Assembly: GCA_000442015.1 (NCBI GenBank)
Contig: KE560678.1
Location: 1-64,000, forward strand
Length of the DNA stretch: 64,000 nt
Direction of reading: 5' to 3'
DNA from: Rozella allomycis CSF55
Lineage: Eukaryota
In this document: positions 11,798-24,692 of the stretch, one piece after another
Layout of the letters: the number at the start of each line of letters is the position of its first letter
How positions within the stretch are numbered: the first letter of the stretch is position 1
Position numbers and translations under genes: made by a program
Notes under the pieces: model-generated
What the model was told of the DNA's origin: nothing
Seen by the model: only the letters and a program-made list of their open reading frames with translations
The model's database searches: none

Positions 11798-14088
11798 ATG
11801 CTCAATCCTGTGGCAATAGGCATTCTAAATGCTGCTAAATCACTTAACGTAAAAATTTATATTTGAATTCCTTGGAATGTCGATGATTTCTTTACGATGG
11901 ATTCTTGCCGTACGCTGGTAATCGAATTGGATCAAAATCCATATAAATTTTTCATCAGCACACTAACCGTACTAATTCGCAGTTAAATTGATAAGGCTTT
12001 GGACAGTCTCTCAAAAGATATTGAAAGTAACAGTGAAATACAACACGCTGCTATAAATCTACTGACTCTATTTGAAAAGGCTTATTATTACAATGGTTTA
12101 ATGGTAATCGATGGTATATCATTGAAATGTAGAATAATACCCTTTTTCTTCAAAGACTCCATGTTTTTCAAAAGTTCACCAAAATCTTAACAAGCTGGAA
12201 AGAGGCATCTATGGAACTTCCAGATATTTTTGATGATACAATCAGTTCTATATTTTCAATTCGATCTGTAGGGGACGCGATTTTAACAATGTTTACGGAC
12301 ACAACTGAATTTCTCTTGAGCAATAAAGATAAATTGTTGATTCAATTAACGGCGTTGCAAGTTTTGCAACTACAAGAGGTAAAAAAGTAAGTTTTATTTT
12401 AATAGGATTTGCTTGACAGACCATTTGTTGATCCCTTATACATGGATGAGGCTTATCTTATTGATGAATTAATGAAAAAAGAAGACGATTTCCATATAGA
12501 ACTATTTTCAAGCGTTTACAAGTGTTTAATGTATTGGTCATTGAAAGATTCAAATGCTAAGATTTACGTGCAACAGAAAATTGAATGGCTGTTGAATTTT
12601 GTTCTAAGTATGAGATTGATAATGAAACTTAGAGATAATCTTGGTGAATCAATGCCATCCTTTAGATGCTGTAAATTTGTCATTATAACAATCAATAAAA
12701 TGATAAATATTCTTCGCGACAATGCATTTTCTCTGATGTTTGATCTTTTGGTAAGGATCAAGGATATGATTCAAACATATTTAAGACAACAAAATAAAGT
12801 GGAAGACGTTAATATCGAAGATAATTATGATATTGTAGAGTTAAATAAAAACCTGGTGGAAATTGGTGATGAATGTGACATTGATATGGAGTGCCTTTCT
12901 AGTGTATTAACTTTGAAGGTTGACACTGATAAGACCATACAAAGGGGTTTCGCTTATGCAAACATGGACTACATTTGGCTGGAAGTGGATCATTCTCCTG
13001 ATAGACTCATATTACAATCCACTGATAAAGATAACATGGTATTATTTTAATTCCATTATGAAGAGACAATTGTCAAGAGTGCGTCGAAAGGTACACTTCA
13101 GATGTTTAAAACCGAACTACTCTGGCTTGGTAACGAAATTGTTTCTCACAAAGATGGAAACTCGTCAAGTGCAGTTAGTGACGAAAAGAAGGTTGCATTA
13201 AGATTAGAGTACGAGATTAAAACTAAGAAAATAGGTTTAAAAATATTCAGAATATTTATAGTGGCAAAATTGATGTCTTTAAAGGGAAATATCCATCAGA
13301 GCCATCATTACTCAGCGAAGAATCATTATCCGCTTCTAGCAAGTCAAGCCAAAAAGAAAAATTATATTTCATTGGAATTTATACAAAGAATAAAGTGTTT
13401 AGATTCTATCCATTTTTAGAAGAGGAAGTGGGTAGAATAGGTGCAATTTTCAATCATTTAACAGGAATGTCATTAATGAATGAAGCTGAGATCATTCATT
13501 CTATTTATGTAATGCTTATAGTTAAACATTATAAGACACAAAATATTATCAAATTAAGATACAAAGTGCTTGAAAAATTAATGAAAACACCTTCACCATA
13601 CATTGAAACAATGGTGGAATTACATAAAATTATAACTCAATTGTGTGACGAGTATAATCCCCAAGACATAATGCTGCTGGAAAAATTATTTCATAGTTGC
13701 AAAAGAGAAAATGAGGTCACCAAGGAGGCGTTTGAAGAACTTCGAAAACTTTGGCATGGAGCGAAATCTGAAGATGTTCAAATTAAAATCTTACTGACGA
13801 TTGATCGCTTGCTTACCCCAATTATTCTAAAGAGCAACGATCCTTTGACAATAACCATCTTCAATTGGCTCTGTCATCTGGAAGATACCCTTAGCCCTTA
13901 CAAAAGGTAATAAACATTAATGAGCATTTACAAGTCCAACAGCATTCAAAATGGCGATTGCATTGACCAAGAAAGCAAAAAGCCTCCAATTAGACAGACT
14001 TCCTGCTATTTTCGATCATGAAGTGCCAGTTCATTTCCAAAAGTTCAAGGAATTTTGTCATTATCAACATTCATTGTATAACATTTAA
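11798..14088 (+). CDS. Hypothetical multi-exon protein (helical, possible central PH-like region); start uncertain
   Basis: ORF fragments joined in frame by six 26-29 nt GT-AG introns; the first exon would need a 27-nt GT-GG intron (11849-11875), otherwise start at ATG 11896. Confidence 0.55.
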
Positions 14089-14094
14089 ATAAAT

Positions 14095-15040
14095 TTATTT
14101 TTTGTTAATTTTTAGACTGAAATCTACGCATTTAAAACTCTGAGTGATGGCACCCGTGCTAACCACGTCGACACCTAGTTTCCCATCACTGCTACAAATT
14201 ACTTTCAATCATATATTCCTCAATATTGTTCTCATTAATTCCCCCGCTCACTTCAACTATTACCATTGGATGCTTTTCTTTCAATGACTTTACATCTGCG
14301 ATAGAGCCTGGCTTGACATGATCCAACATGACAATATCCGCGCCAGATTCACAAGCTTCCAAAGCTTCTTCAAAGTTTCTGCATTCAACTTCAATTTTCA
14401 GTGCAAATTTGCATATTTCCTTGACAGCTTTGACAGAGTTTGCAATTGAACCTAATACAATTGAACCTAATAAACAATATACCTTGAGACCAAATATGAT
14501 TATCCTTTAACATGACCAAACTAGAAAGATCCATTCGATGAGGATCACATCCACCTACAATCATTCCATACTTTTCAACAAGTCTGAATCCAGGTGTAGT
14601 CTTTCTTGTACCAGAAATTACTCCATTCCATGCCTTTGCTCTCTTTTTCTGATTTAATTTAAAACATTCACTTGCTATTCCAGAACATCTCGCCAATATA
14701 TTTAAAGCTAATCTCTCTCCAAGCAGAATGTTTCTTGCCGGTCCATCAACCGAAGCAACTGTAACATAATCACCAACAATTTCTGTTCCCTCATCAACAC
14801 ACCATGACACAGAGCAGGATAGAAAGTTAAATATTTCATTTACAAAAGGTTTACCGGCTAATATACCCTAAATTTCATCGCATAGTTCTTTACATGTGAT
14901 TTACAAATTAGGGAGGCGCGCTCAAACTTTTCACCAACTACATAGCCAGCTATGTCAAATGATGGAATGTCTTCTTTCAGCCATTCATGAATTTGATATT
15001 TCCATGAAATCGGTAAAAGATGTTCCAAATTCTTAGCCAT
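14095..15040 (-). CDS. BNA6: Nicotinate-nucleotide pyrophosphorylase (quinolinate phosphoribosyltransferase), 4 exons
   Basis: WLKEDIPSFD, ERLALNILARCSGIA, GTRKTTPGFRLVEKYG, HRMDLSSLVMLKDNH, KIEVEC, DIVMLD motifs; 26, 31 and 28 nt introns. Confidence 0.95.
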
Positions 15041-15227
15041 TCTGAAATTTCAGAACCGATAATTTGATGCCACTGTTGTTTCCTTGGCAGATATAAACTT
15101 AATAAATCAAAATCAATAATTATTTAAAATATAGACTATTTATACCATCTACTGCTGTTTATTTATGCGCACGTTTATTCTGCATTTCATCACTGCGTTG
15201 TGAAATTTCCAGGGTTTTCTTTGCTTA

Positions 15228-15720
15228 ATGCAACCTCCAGTAGCCCAAGAAGAAGTTGGCACTGCTGGTGCAGCGGCTCAAGACAAATATCAGCAGAAAT
15301 ATAAAGACTTGAAAAAGCGTGTGCGTGAAATTGAACAAGTATTCAATTATTTGAGCTATTATAAAAGGAAAATGACGAGCTTTTAATAAAAATGGCTCGC
15401 ATAAGAAGGAATATATATCGATTACGCCTTGAACGAAAGTTTTTGTTTGAAAGGATGGGAAAAGTATGGATTAGCAAACATTTACATAGTCATTTAAGCA
15501 AAAGGATGAAGAAACAGAAAAGGCTGCCCCAGAAACTGTGTCATCTAATCTGCAGACTGTTCAAACACCAGCAATAGATTCTAAAGTAATGAAAATAGTT
15601 GGTTTTAAGCAGACTGAGCAGACTCAAGATGAACGTAGGGGATTTTTACACATGTTATCTTCAGAAGCCATAAAAGATATATCACCTACATTACATGACC
15701 CCACACTCAAAACAGAATAA
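15228..15720 (+). CDS. Small protein with INO80 subunit E / Nhp10-like N-terminal coiled coil
   Basis: KYQQKYKDLKKRVREIEQENDELLIKMARIRRNIYRLRLERKFLFERM after removing a 30-nt intron; two further short introns. Confidence 0.65.
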
Positions 15721-15726
15721 ATGGAT

Positions 15727-16841
15727 TTATTTCTTTGCTCTCATCATTGCAAAGTGAATCAAAGAGTCCATAAAGTCTGAAGGAGAAACTTTTGATAACC
15801 GCAATATCTATTGAAATATACATAATTTCTTACCTCTCCCGCTGAACTTGAAGAGTCAAATGTCATACCACAATTTGCATTTACTTCAAGAACGTATAAT
15901 TTCATTGTCGAATAATCCATACTATCGCTTCTTATGTCTACTCTGCCATAGCCATTTCCTTTCAAAGATAGATAAGCATTCTTAGCCAACTCCTTTAACC
16001 TATCCATTAAAAGTGGCGATGCTGGTTCGTATGTGTATAGCCTTTCTTTCTCATCGGGAGCGTTACCATTAAGATCATAACCTGCCCAATACCTATCAAA
16101 AGCTAAGATGCGTTGGTTTGCTTTCAAGTTCTTGTTGAATACCCTTTCAGCAACATCGTAGACAACAATTCCTTGAGTTGCATCACCAGAAACAAGTGCA
16201 GTAAACTCTCTGCCTTCCAAAAACTTTTCAATAAACACTCCTCCATTTGTCTGTGACAGTACCTGTTCCAGTTGACCTAAAGCTTCACACTGATTTGTCA
16301 CTACAGAATTATCACTGATACAGATGCTTGCATAAGAAATACTAGGTTTAATGAACATAGGATAGCTAATCGTATTTTCTAATTTACTTATTTTCGTCTT
16401 GGCTTCTTCAAGATTGTCGATTTCAACAAACGGCGACGTCGAGACTTTATTTTCCATCAATATCTTCTTCATAATAGGTTTAGAATTCGTTATATCAAAA
16501 AAGTAAGGATTAGCACCAGTATACGGCCATCCTTTCTGTTCCAAGTACGTTACAATTGAGATTCCAGGGTAGCCATCGGTCTCTGTCCCATCACAAAGAT
16601 TTAATACGACAAAATTCGACTGCTGTCCCAATTTTTGGAATATTTGATTGTAATTGTTTAATGTCACGGAATGCATTTGAATAGATGAATATCCCAATGA
16701 ATGCAACACTTTTACAATTTCGCTCACCCCTTCATTTTTTCCGTATTCATTGCTCAAGAGTATTTCATCTTTTGAAGTTTCAAGTAATTCTTCAGTTGGA
16801 CAACCGACTAAAATATGAATGCTGGGCAGCGAGCTAAGCAT
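15727..16841 (-). CDS. ATP-grasp ligase, D-alanine-D-alanine ligase-like, 2 exons
   Basis: VLNLCDG, PYTGA, YPMFIKP, FIEKFLEGREFT, GYGRVDIR, VLEVNANCG; 26-nt intron near the 3' end. Confidence 0.85.
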
Positions 16842-16905
16842 GATATCTAGGCTTAGCCAACACTTATTGATAGATGATCCGAATTTGGTGAAAAAATAAA
16901 TAAAT

Positions 16906-17966
16906 TTATTTGCCATTATAAATCATTTTTACATATTCCCAATAGTTAGAGCGTATTGGGTCAATTTCTGTAGCCAAACATTCAATTCGCTGTAAATAAC
17001 TAATTATTCTATTACTTTAAACAATTCTTCCTTGGACATTAAGTTATGCTGTCTGGAAGTTTCAACGATAAATGTAAGAAGAGGGATGGTCTTTGGAAAA
17101 GTCGCTTCCATTTCCAATGCAGTCTTCAATGCATTCTTGATTATTTCGCTATTTTCGGCAGATTTAAATTTGTCGCATATTCTGTTCAAAAAGCAATTAC
17201 AATTTTACCCTGCCAAATATACGTATGGAGCTTCGTTATTGGGAGCCAAGTTAATCTTCTTCCAAACATAAGCCAATTCATTCTCCCAATTGACACTCTC
17301 ATCCCTTGTCAAAATAAAAAATCTGTGATTCCAAGCAGAATTATTGCGAACGTCTAAATCTATCATTTTTTCCACAAAATCTAATTCTTGATCTGAGCTG
17401 ACATTAAAATTCTTCAATATCCATTGGCGATAAGACCAAGCGTGATAATTCTTGTTATCATCATTGAATGCGTGATCTGCCAAATGATTTAACTCTTCAA
17501 TAACATTTTCAATTTCTTTTTCATTTTCAAGACACCATTGCCTATGATACCTAGAAAATAGAAAAGATGATCAATACCAAATTTGATAATTCTTGGGATT
17601 GCTTTCAGACATTTTTCTTATCCAATCACATTCAATTTGTTTGTCCATTCCTAGTTTCACTAGAATATCCCTTCTGTATTGCCTGATTTCAAACTGTAAG
17701 TAGTTATTACCACACGGTATAGTTGGCAGCATTAAGCTGCAGCAAATAATCTGTTAATTTTAAAGCTCTTTCAGAGTACTCTTTAGCATTCATAATAGCT
17801 CTAAAGTAGTGTATTGCAGAACGGTCTTTGTTTCCAATGTAGATATATTACAGTTTGATGGATAGTTGATGTTTACAACTCTTGTAGTTGAATCAGGTAA
17901 AGGGTTTCGAACTATATCATCAAAAGTGCCTTGTGGAAAAGCATCTTCAAAGTCTTGAATGGTCAT
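16906..17966 (-). CDS. RAM2: Protein farnesyltransferase/geranylgeranyltransferase-I alpha subunit, 6 exons
   Basis: PFTA repeats NAANYTVWQYR, NPKNYQIWYHR, DNKNYHAWSYRQW, DVRNNSAWNHR, APNNEAPYVYL; five 26-28 nt introns. Confidence 0.93.
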
Positions 17967-18198
17967 TAAAGGAGAAATTTCGGAAAAGAAGTTTATTATG
18001 TTTAGCTATTTGAACAACAAAATAGTAACTTTAGCCAAAGTAAAGTATTGAGAGAAGATATGATAAGTTCTTCTTGTCTTCCACGTCATGTAATTGTATT
18101 CCTTCCTATAATATGAGAATCAGTTTCAATTGAATTTCTATATTGTTGCTAAATCTGTGACAAAGTTGATAAAAAATTGACGGCAAAATTTCCGAACA

Positions 18199-19067
18199 AT
18201 GGAACGAGATGGATGCGTGGCCAAGATATGGGCCTTACCTTTCCAACAGACAAAAACATTTAATGTATCGTATATTAAAGATGCCAATGTTGAAACTGAA
18301 ACAATTGAGAAAAAAGAAGTGTTTGAAATAGATCTTGGCCATAAGAATATAAGCCAGTTGAATATAACGAGGCCGACACTACCTTTATTGAAGAATTTAG
18401 TACTTCTTCATTTGCAGGGAAACAGATTCGAGTATATTCCCGAAGAAATTTTGGAATTGACGTTTTTGCAGGAACTGAATCTTGGATTTAACAAGTTGAA
18501 AAGATTGTCTAGTAAAATTTATAGATTGAAAGAATTGCGATCACTTTATTTGAATCACAATTTCATTTCAGGTAATAATCTGGAGAGGTTGGTATAGAGA
18601 TTCCCCAATCAATTGGTGAATGTAATTCTCTTTGTATTCTTGATATTTCTTTTAATAATTTGGAATGCTTGCCAGTGGAAATTCTAGTTTGTTCAAAGTT
18701 GAGATCATTGTGGCTAGAAGGAAATAATTTAACTAGATACAGTTCATTTAATGAGAGTGTTGTGGATTTGAAGGATATTTGTATGGATAACTTATGGAAA
18801 TCAAAGATGCGCACTGTTGAGTTGCCTTTGGAGTCGAATGAAAAGAAGACCAATTTTGTCAAACAAATTTCAGATGATATTGAATGTATTCCAGTTGTTT
18901 CGTTTTATCATGCAGAGAAACCAATTGGATTTTGTAGTATTTGCGGTGGACAAGTCTTTCAAAAGGCATTTCGTGTGATAAAATTTGTTGAAAAATTTGA
19001 AAAGACATTTCCAGTTTCTTTTGTTCCATGTTCAAGGGAATGTTTCAACACTTTAACTCAGAAATAA
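18199..19067 (+). CDS. Leucine-rich-repeat protein with C-terminal Cys motif (CSIC...CSREC), 2 exons
   Basis: LxxLxLxxN repeats across ORFs 18199-18597 and 18660-19067, joined by a 26-nt intron. Confidence 0.85.
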
Positions 19068-19173
19068 ATTAAAATTTAAAATTGACCTTAATCATTGAAT
19101 AAACAATTTAATTAACTTTAATTAAATAAATAATTTATTTTAATGTTGCCATTTTAAGTCTGAATTGTGTTGT

Positions 19174-22100
19174 TTAACTTGTTTCATCTCTTGGTTCTAT
19201 TTTCAAAGATTGATTGTAAATTTCATCTTCAGATAAATGATTTGCTTCACGAATGAGAGATTGAATTGAATAGACGGGATAAAATTGATAAGAGATTCTT
19301 TGGAAAGAGATCAACTCGTCAATAATCTTTGCAACTCTTTGATGTTTATCAAAATTGATTAAATCATTTTCAATAAAATCTCTATTTCCAATTTCAATAA
19401 AGACCAAATTTGTTAAATACATTCCTATAATCGAATAAACGCAATAATTACCTAGAAATGGAATGCAGGGAGGTTCACAAGATGAAAGAGTTTGACGATA
19501 ATTTTTATAAGACTTTTCTTCCGACATTAAATTGCATAAATCTTTTAATAAATTTTTCAATTTGTTTGAAACAAACTTTGTGAAATTTCAGAAATACAAT
19601 TTACTTCCCAAGTCTTTTTTAATCTTTGAATAGAAGAAGAATTTAGAGCGGCTAAAATCATCTTTAAAGAATTAAAGTTGTTTAATTGACGACATTGATC
19701 TGCCGTCAGAATGAAGAGTTTTATTAAATTCGCGCGTTGCTTTGGATTATCCAAGCCAACAATTTCAGATCCAATCCAATAAACAAACTAGAGTAAAAGA
19801 GAAATGACTTGACTACTGAATTTGAATAATCAATCATGCTCATAATGTTTGGAGAATTTATTTTAGCAGTTTCAGGTTTCGTCCATTTTTGTTGTAAAAA
19901 TTCTTTCGCTTTAACAGAAGAGAAATTTTCCCAATCTATTAAAGTAATTTGCCTAGCTAATTCTAATGGATCAAGATCTGAAATTTTGAAATTTTCAAAC
20001 TTTGGTAAAATTGAAGGGGGTGGATCAGGAATGTGGTATTGTTTAAAAGTAATATTAGATGAAATAAATCTACTTTGGCGTTTCTATAAAATTTAAAATA
20101 GATTGAGAAATTTACTAGTTTAGCTAAAAGACAAACAAAATCTTCAGTTCCTTTTTTAAAATCATCTTTCATTAAATTTACAAGCTCATGTAAAATTGCT
20201 GCCAATTCATGAGATCTTTATTAAGAGGATTGAATTATTTTACTCTAATTCTTCAAAGTTCATTTTCACCCACATTTTCAAAACATTTAAAACTCTTAGC
20301 TTGACAGGAATTATTCCCTTTTTAATAAACGCCAATTTCATCAATTGATCTTTATTGAATTCAATTGGAATTGAAATTTTATATCTTTCCAATAAAAAGT
20401 TTAAAAATTGTTTAGAAGAAATAAAACAAGAATAAGTTAAAAGGAAACTGTGAACAAAATCTCCATCTGGTTGATGCGTGTTTGTTAAATATCGAGTCAA
20501 TCCAGGTAATGTTCCACCCTTTATTTGAATCTTGTCAGTTTCATCTTTGAAAATGATTTCTCCAGATTTAAAAAAATTTGACTCTTCTTCAGATAAATAC
20601 TTTTCTACTGCCATCATGGCCAATTGCTGTGCTGAACATTCGGGACTTTTCTCACTATACTTTAAATTGGAAATTTCGTAAATTATATCTTTAAGAGATT
20701 CGCATCTCATTTCTATAATTGACGTTTGACATTCATAATAATTTTCATATCCACCAGAAATCACAGTCCTAATCACATTACAAAATGCTCCAATCTCTAA
20801 AAATAATTCACTCTTGTGTTCCTGAAGCTTATCAATCAATGAAGCTTCTATAAATTCCGTCTCTAAACTTTGACTCTCTTCATCCAACTGTTGGCTCTGA
20901 TGAAGAATACACGCTACTGTATCCGTCAACGTTTCTACATCCATCGATAAACATTGTTTCCTTCCATTCCTTTCAAAGAATTCATTCATCTCTTTAATTC
21001 TCTCTCTCAAATAATCCAAAATTTCAGTCAATGATCTACAAATTATTTTATTAACAGCAACTTCATTCTTTGAACTTTGCTCAAAAAATTTCATAACGGA
21101 TGGAGATTGCTGCACACGGTCAACTGTTAACGTAGAAGCAAAAGATAATGAAAAATTTTCAATTTCTTGTGAATAAATAGATCTTCTGCCACTATTGGAA
21201 TTCGTCCTCTTTACACCCTCCCGTTCATTCAATTGTGATCTATGCTTGTATGATAAAACACTCTTCAGCAATGCAGACGCGATTTTATTCCTCTCTGGAG
21301 AATTTTGAAACAAAGCATGAATCCCCATCAATAAATCAATCACCTGAATTGTAATCAAAAATGATTCATTAGAAAAATCAACTTGCTCTTGAAGTGACAA
21401 CATCCTCCTTTCATCAATCTTGGATATTATTTCAACATATCCTGCAACAGTATTCTCCGTATTTTCCAAATGTGTAATCACAGAATTCTTCGTCTTTTCA
21501 TCCTCAAAGCAACTTTCATTTAACAATAATCTAATATCTGCCAACAATGTATCAATCTTGGCTATAAAATCATTCAGGAAATTCTGAACTTCAAAATTCG
21601 AATTTTCCAAAATATCTGTACAGTCCATTGACAAAATATAACATATTCGATCAAAAGGCTTCAAATTATTGGAATATTGTCGCGGTATAGATTCATTAGG
21701 GGCTATATCAGGATTCTCTTGGCTCTTAATCATCGCTCGTATCTTTTCATCAGCCATTCTCAAAAAATCATCCAAGATTAGTATATTCCGTACAGATATT
21801 CTAAAATTTTCAATACAATGACCCAAATCCGATGTTTTCTTCAACACTTCCTTGATAATTCTAATCACCTCGTCTTCTGGGCAAATAATACCATTTTTGG
21901 ATTGCAAGAAAAATCCCTGCAAAAGTGATAATGATGAAACTGCCAACTCCTTTGAAAAATCAGTCAACAGTATCATTTGATCTCTCACTGAATTGCTAAA
22001 ACTGGGATTGTAAAAGGGAACTAGCATTTTATCCTCTATATTTTCAGCAAATTGCTTTAATAATGGAATATACGTAACAAGATACTCCAAAACTTTTGGA

Positions 22101-23000
22101 ACAAGAACAGTTCCTTTGACAAAACACTCCAAGACATTTGAAAAATTCTTCGTTTGGAATTCCATTTGTTGAAATAACTTAATTGTTGATTTGGATCTCT
22201 CTCTAAAACAATGGAGAAATTCTTCATCCATTTCAGTTACTTGATTTTCAGATTCAATCACAGGATTATTAACAAAAATCTTTGTCAGTACCGAACTTTT
22301 TCTCCGAGCTTTATTCAATATGTCTGAAGTCATCATTTCTATTACAACTTCAGCATTATTGCTTGTGTATCCAATCTTTGGCTGATTAGGAATTTCTTTC
22401 ACTTCAATGTCGTCTGTATTGCTACAAGAAGAAATGTTTTTATTGATAATATCAACCCATTCACTCACATCTTTGGAATTTTCTACTATAAATGTAAAGG
22501 TTTTCCTATTATGACTTTTTCCTGACTCCAAATTGCAAGAATACGTAAATTGTATTTCAAAACAAAATTCCTTGCCTTGACTTTGAGTGCCTATAATTTT
22601 TGTCTTTTCGTCAATGAAAGCACATGTTAAAGGGTTTTCATCCTAGTAATCTTTAACAAAATCTTCGTACCATTTTGTCCCTGAATATGAACATATTTCC
22701 CTTTATCAAAATGCACCATCGCTTTTGGTGCTTTTTGTAAACACTTCCAATCCCTTTGTTATCAAAATGAATTCTGTACCAGCTGCCTTTAGGTACAAAT
22801 GTCCACACTTCAAGTAATTGGTTCTGTAAATTGGCGACCATAATGAATGAGAGTAGTGCAAAAGTTTCAATTCATGCTCATCATTAATTGAAAGGTTAAT
22901 ACTTGACGCAGTTTTAGTAGAATGAAGTGGGACCACCCTATTCATCAGTGGCTTGTCTTGCGTAGATGAAAATGGGATTTGAAAGAAACGCTTCTGACAT
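19174..23000 (-). CDS. Ras guanine-nucleotide exchange factor (PH + REM + CDC25 domain), 8 exons
   Basis: PH-like KKHQKRWCILIKG...WVDII; REM IKGGTL...FLLTY...RVLNVLKMWV; CDC25 LNNFNSL...ALNSSSIQRLKKTW, PPCIPFLGMYLTNLVFIE. Confidence 0.9.
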
Positions 23001-23152
23001 AGGCTGTCAAGAATGTATATGATTTTTTTGTATATTTAATAACTTTAAATACAGTACCATGTAAAAGTTAGAGTTAAAGTCTATGCCCATCAGACATCCC
23101 CCATTTATTCATTAGTGCACTTTGATAAATAAAGATAATTTTACTAAGTCAA

Positions 23153-23225
23153 GCCCGGCTAGCTCAATCGGCAGAGCGTGAGACTCTTAATCTCAAGGTT
23201 GCGAGTTCGACCCTCGCGTTGGGTG
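23153..23225 (+). tRNA. tRNA-Lys, anticodon CTT
   Basis: Cloverleaf: acceptor GCCCGGC/GTTGGGT, D arm AGCTCAATCGGCAGAGC, anticodon arm TGAGA-CTCTTAA-TCTCA, T arm GCGAG-TTCGACC-CTCGC; T-run terminator follows. Confidence 0.96.
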
Positions 23226-23234
23226 CTTTTTAAG

Positions 23235-23315
23235 AGATTCGTGTCTTACCTCATACGTGGATAATCGAACCTTCCACAATACTGGTGAAACAAGACACTG
23301 TCAGAGGCCCTTTTT
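23235..23315. ncRNA. Candidate structured ncRNA or 3'-UTR hairpin; minus-strand 5' end resembles U11 snRNA
   Basis: Nested inverted repeats gtgtctt/aagacac, acc/ggt, gtgga/tccac; GC-richer than local spacers; minus strand begins AAAAAGGGCCTCTG. Confidence 0.35.
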
Positions 23316-23347
23316 GACTAAAGTTTTTTACAAATGATCCACAATGT

Positions 23348-24606
23348 TTATTTTACAAATTCCCAATGTTCGCAATCTTTACAATCAGTTTCGTACTCAC
23401 AAGGAGGAAGTTCAAGAGGTTTAAGGAAATCTTTTATCAGCCAAGATAATTGATGATAGAGGATATCTCGTATTCCTTTCTTTGGATAGGCACATACCTT
23501 TCCAGTGTGACATTTACTCTCCATTGCATATCCTCCAATGTAACACGATGATGTTATTCCNCACTTTTCCAGTATGGCATTTACTCTCCATTGCATATCC
23601 TCCAATGTAACACGATGATGTTATTCCTCTACACTTTCCTGTAAATATTGGATCACTTTCTGTTCCGTAATGATAAATTTGAATGTTTGGATTTTGACCT
23701 AGTCCAAGACGTTCCGCGAATAGTCTTTCGCCGGGAGAATTAAATGTAATAGCTGGGATATCAAAAGTAAGAGATAAAAGTGCTGATAGACTCCCGCCTA
23801 AACTATGTCCTGTCAATGCCAAGTTCTTGTGTTTGATAATGTACTTTTGGACAAATTGGACAATTTTCTAACATATTATTTAAAAAGATATTACTTTTCC
23901 ATATTCGTAGTAGGATTTGTTAGATTGAAGTCTTGTTTCATCTTCGATGCAGGTGGAATTGCACATTTTTGTATTACCGTGATAGCAATTACAAACAGGG
24001 CGCCAAGTTCTATCCACTTTTGCACAGCAGCAAGAAAAAATAAAATTATCCTTTAATTTTCATCAATACTATGTACTGTATATTTATCATTTTTGGCAGT
24101 GTCACCGCCAAAAAACGGGAGAGAAGTGCCTTTAATAGCTATTATAGCCTCAGTTCGTTCTTTATTTTCAAAAAGATAACCTCTCACACTAGTTTCATTC
24201 CATCCAAACCCGATTCCCTATGCACATCAAATGTACTTCTTACCGTTGTTGGTGGCGGCGTCCATTCTGTTAAACTTTCGTCAAAAAAACTCAAAGAATT
24301 CTTAATATTTTTGTTTCTGGAAACCATATAAGGATCATTAGTTAGGATACGCAGGCTATCATTAACTGGTGGATGATATGCTATCATCGACATTCCAGCA
24401 GCCGCCAAAACGAATTCTTTATTCAAGGGATCAAAGAAACTAATGTTTTTCTTCAACATTACATTATCTCCAAATGTAAACTGAATTCTACTGCCGTGTT
24501 TCTCAGGAGAGTATTGCACAATATTTGTTAAGTAGAAGGTTTTAGAGGATGCAACTGAAATAAATATAATAAGGCCTATCAACAGAATAAGATACCGGTA
24601 AAGCAT
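23348..24606 (-). CDS. ATG15: Atg15-type vacuolar lipase (assembly duplication around N at 23561)
   Basis: N-terminal TM, FGWNETSVRGYLF, AIIAIKGTS, DNFIFSCCCA, LTGHSLGG, FNSPGE, DPIFTGKC, GGYAMESKCHTG. Confidence 0.9.
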
Positions 24607-24692
24607 GCTGGTAAGCTTTTCACTTGGTGGCGGTGTAATTGCATTAATTTAAATTACTCAAAATTAACGTCAAAACACACAAAATCAAAATT

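Noticed and set aside
23241-23280. U1 snRNA (cttacct followed by a hairpin with a gataatcgaa loop)
   Set aside because: Lacks the ATACTTACCTG 5' end, the U1A-binding loop and an Sm site; too short.
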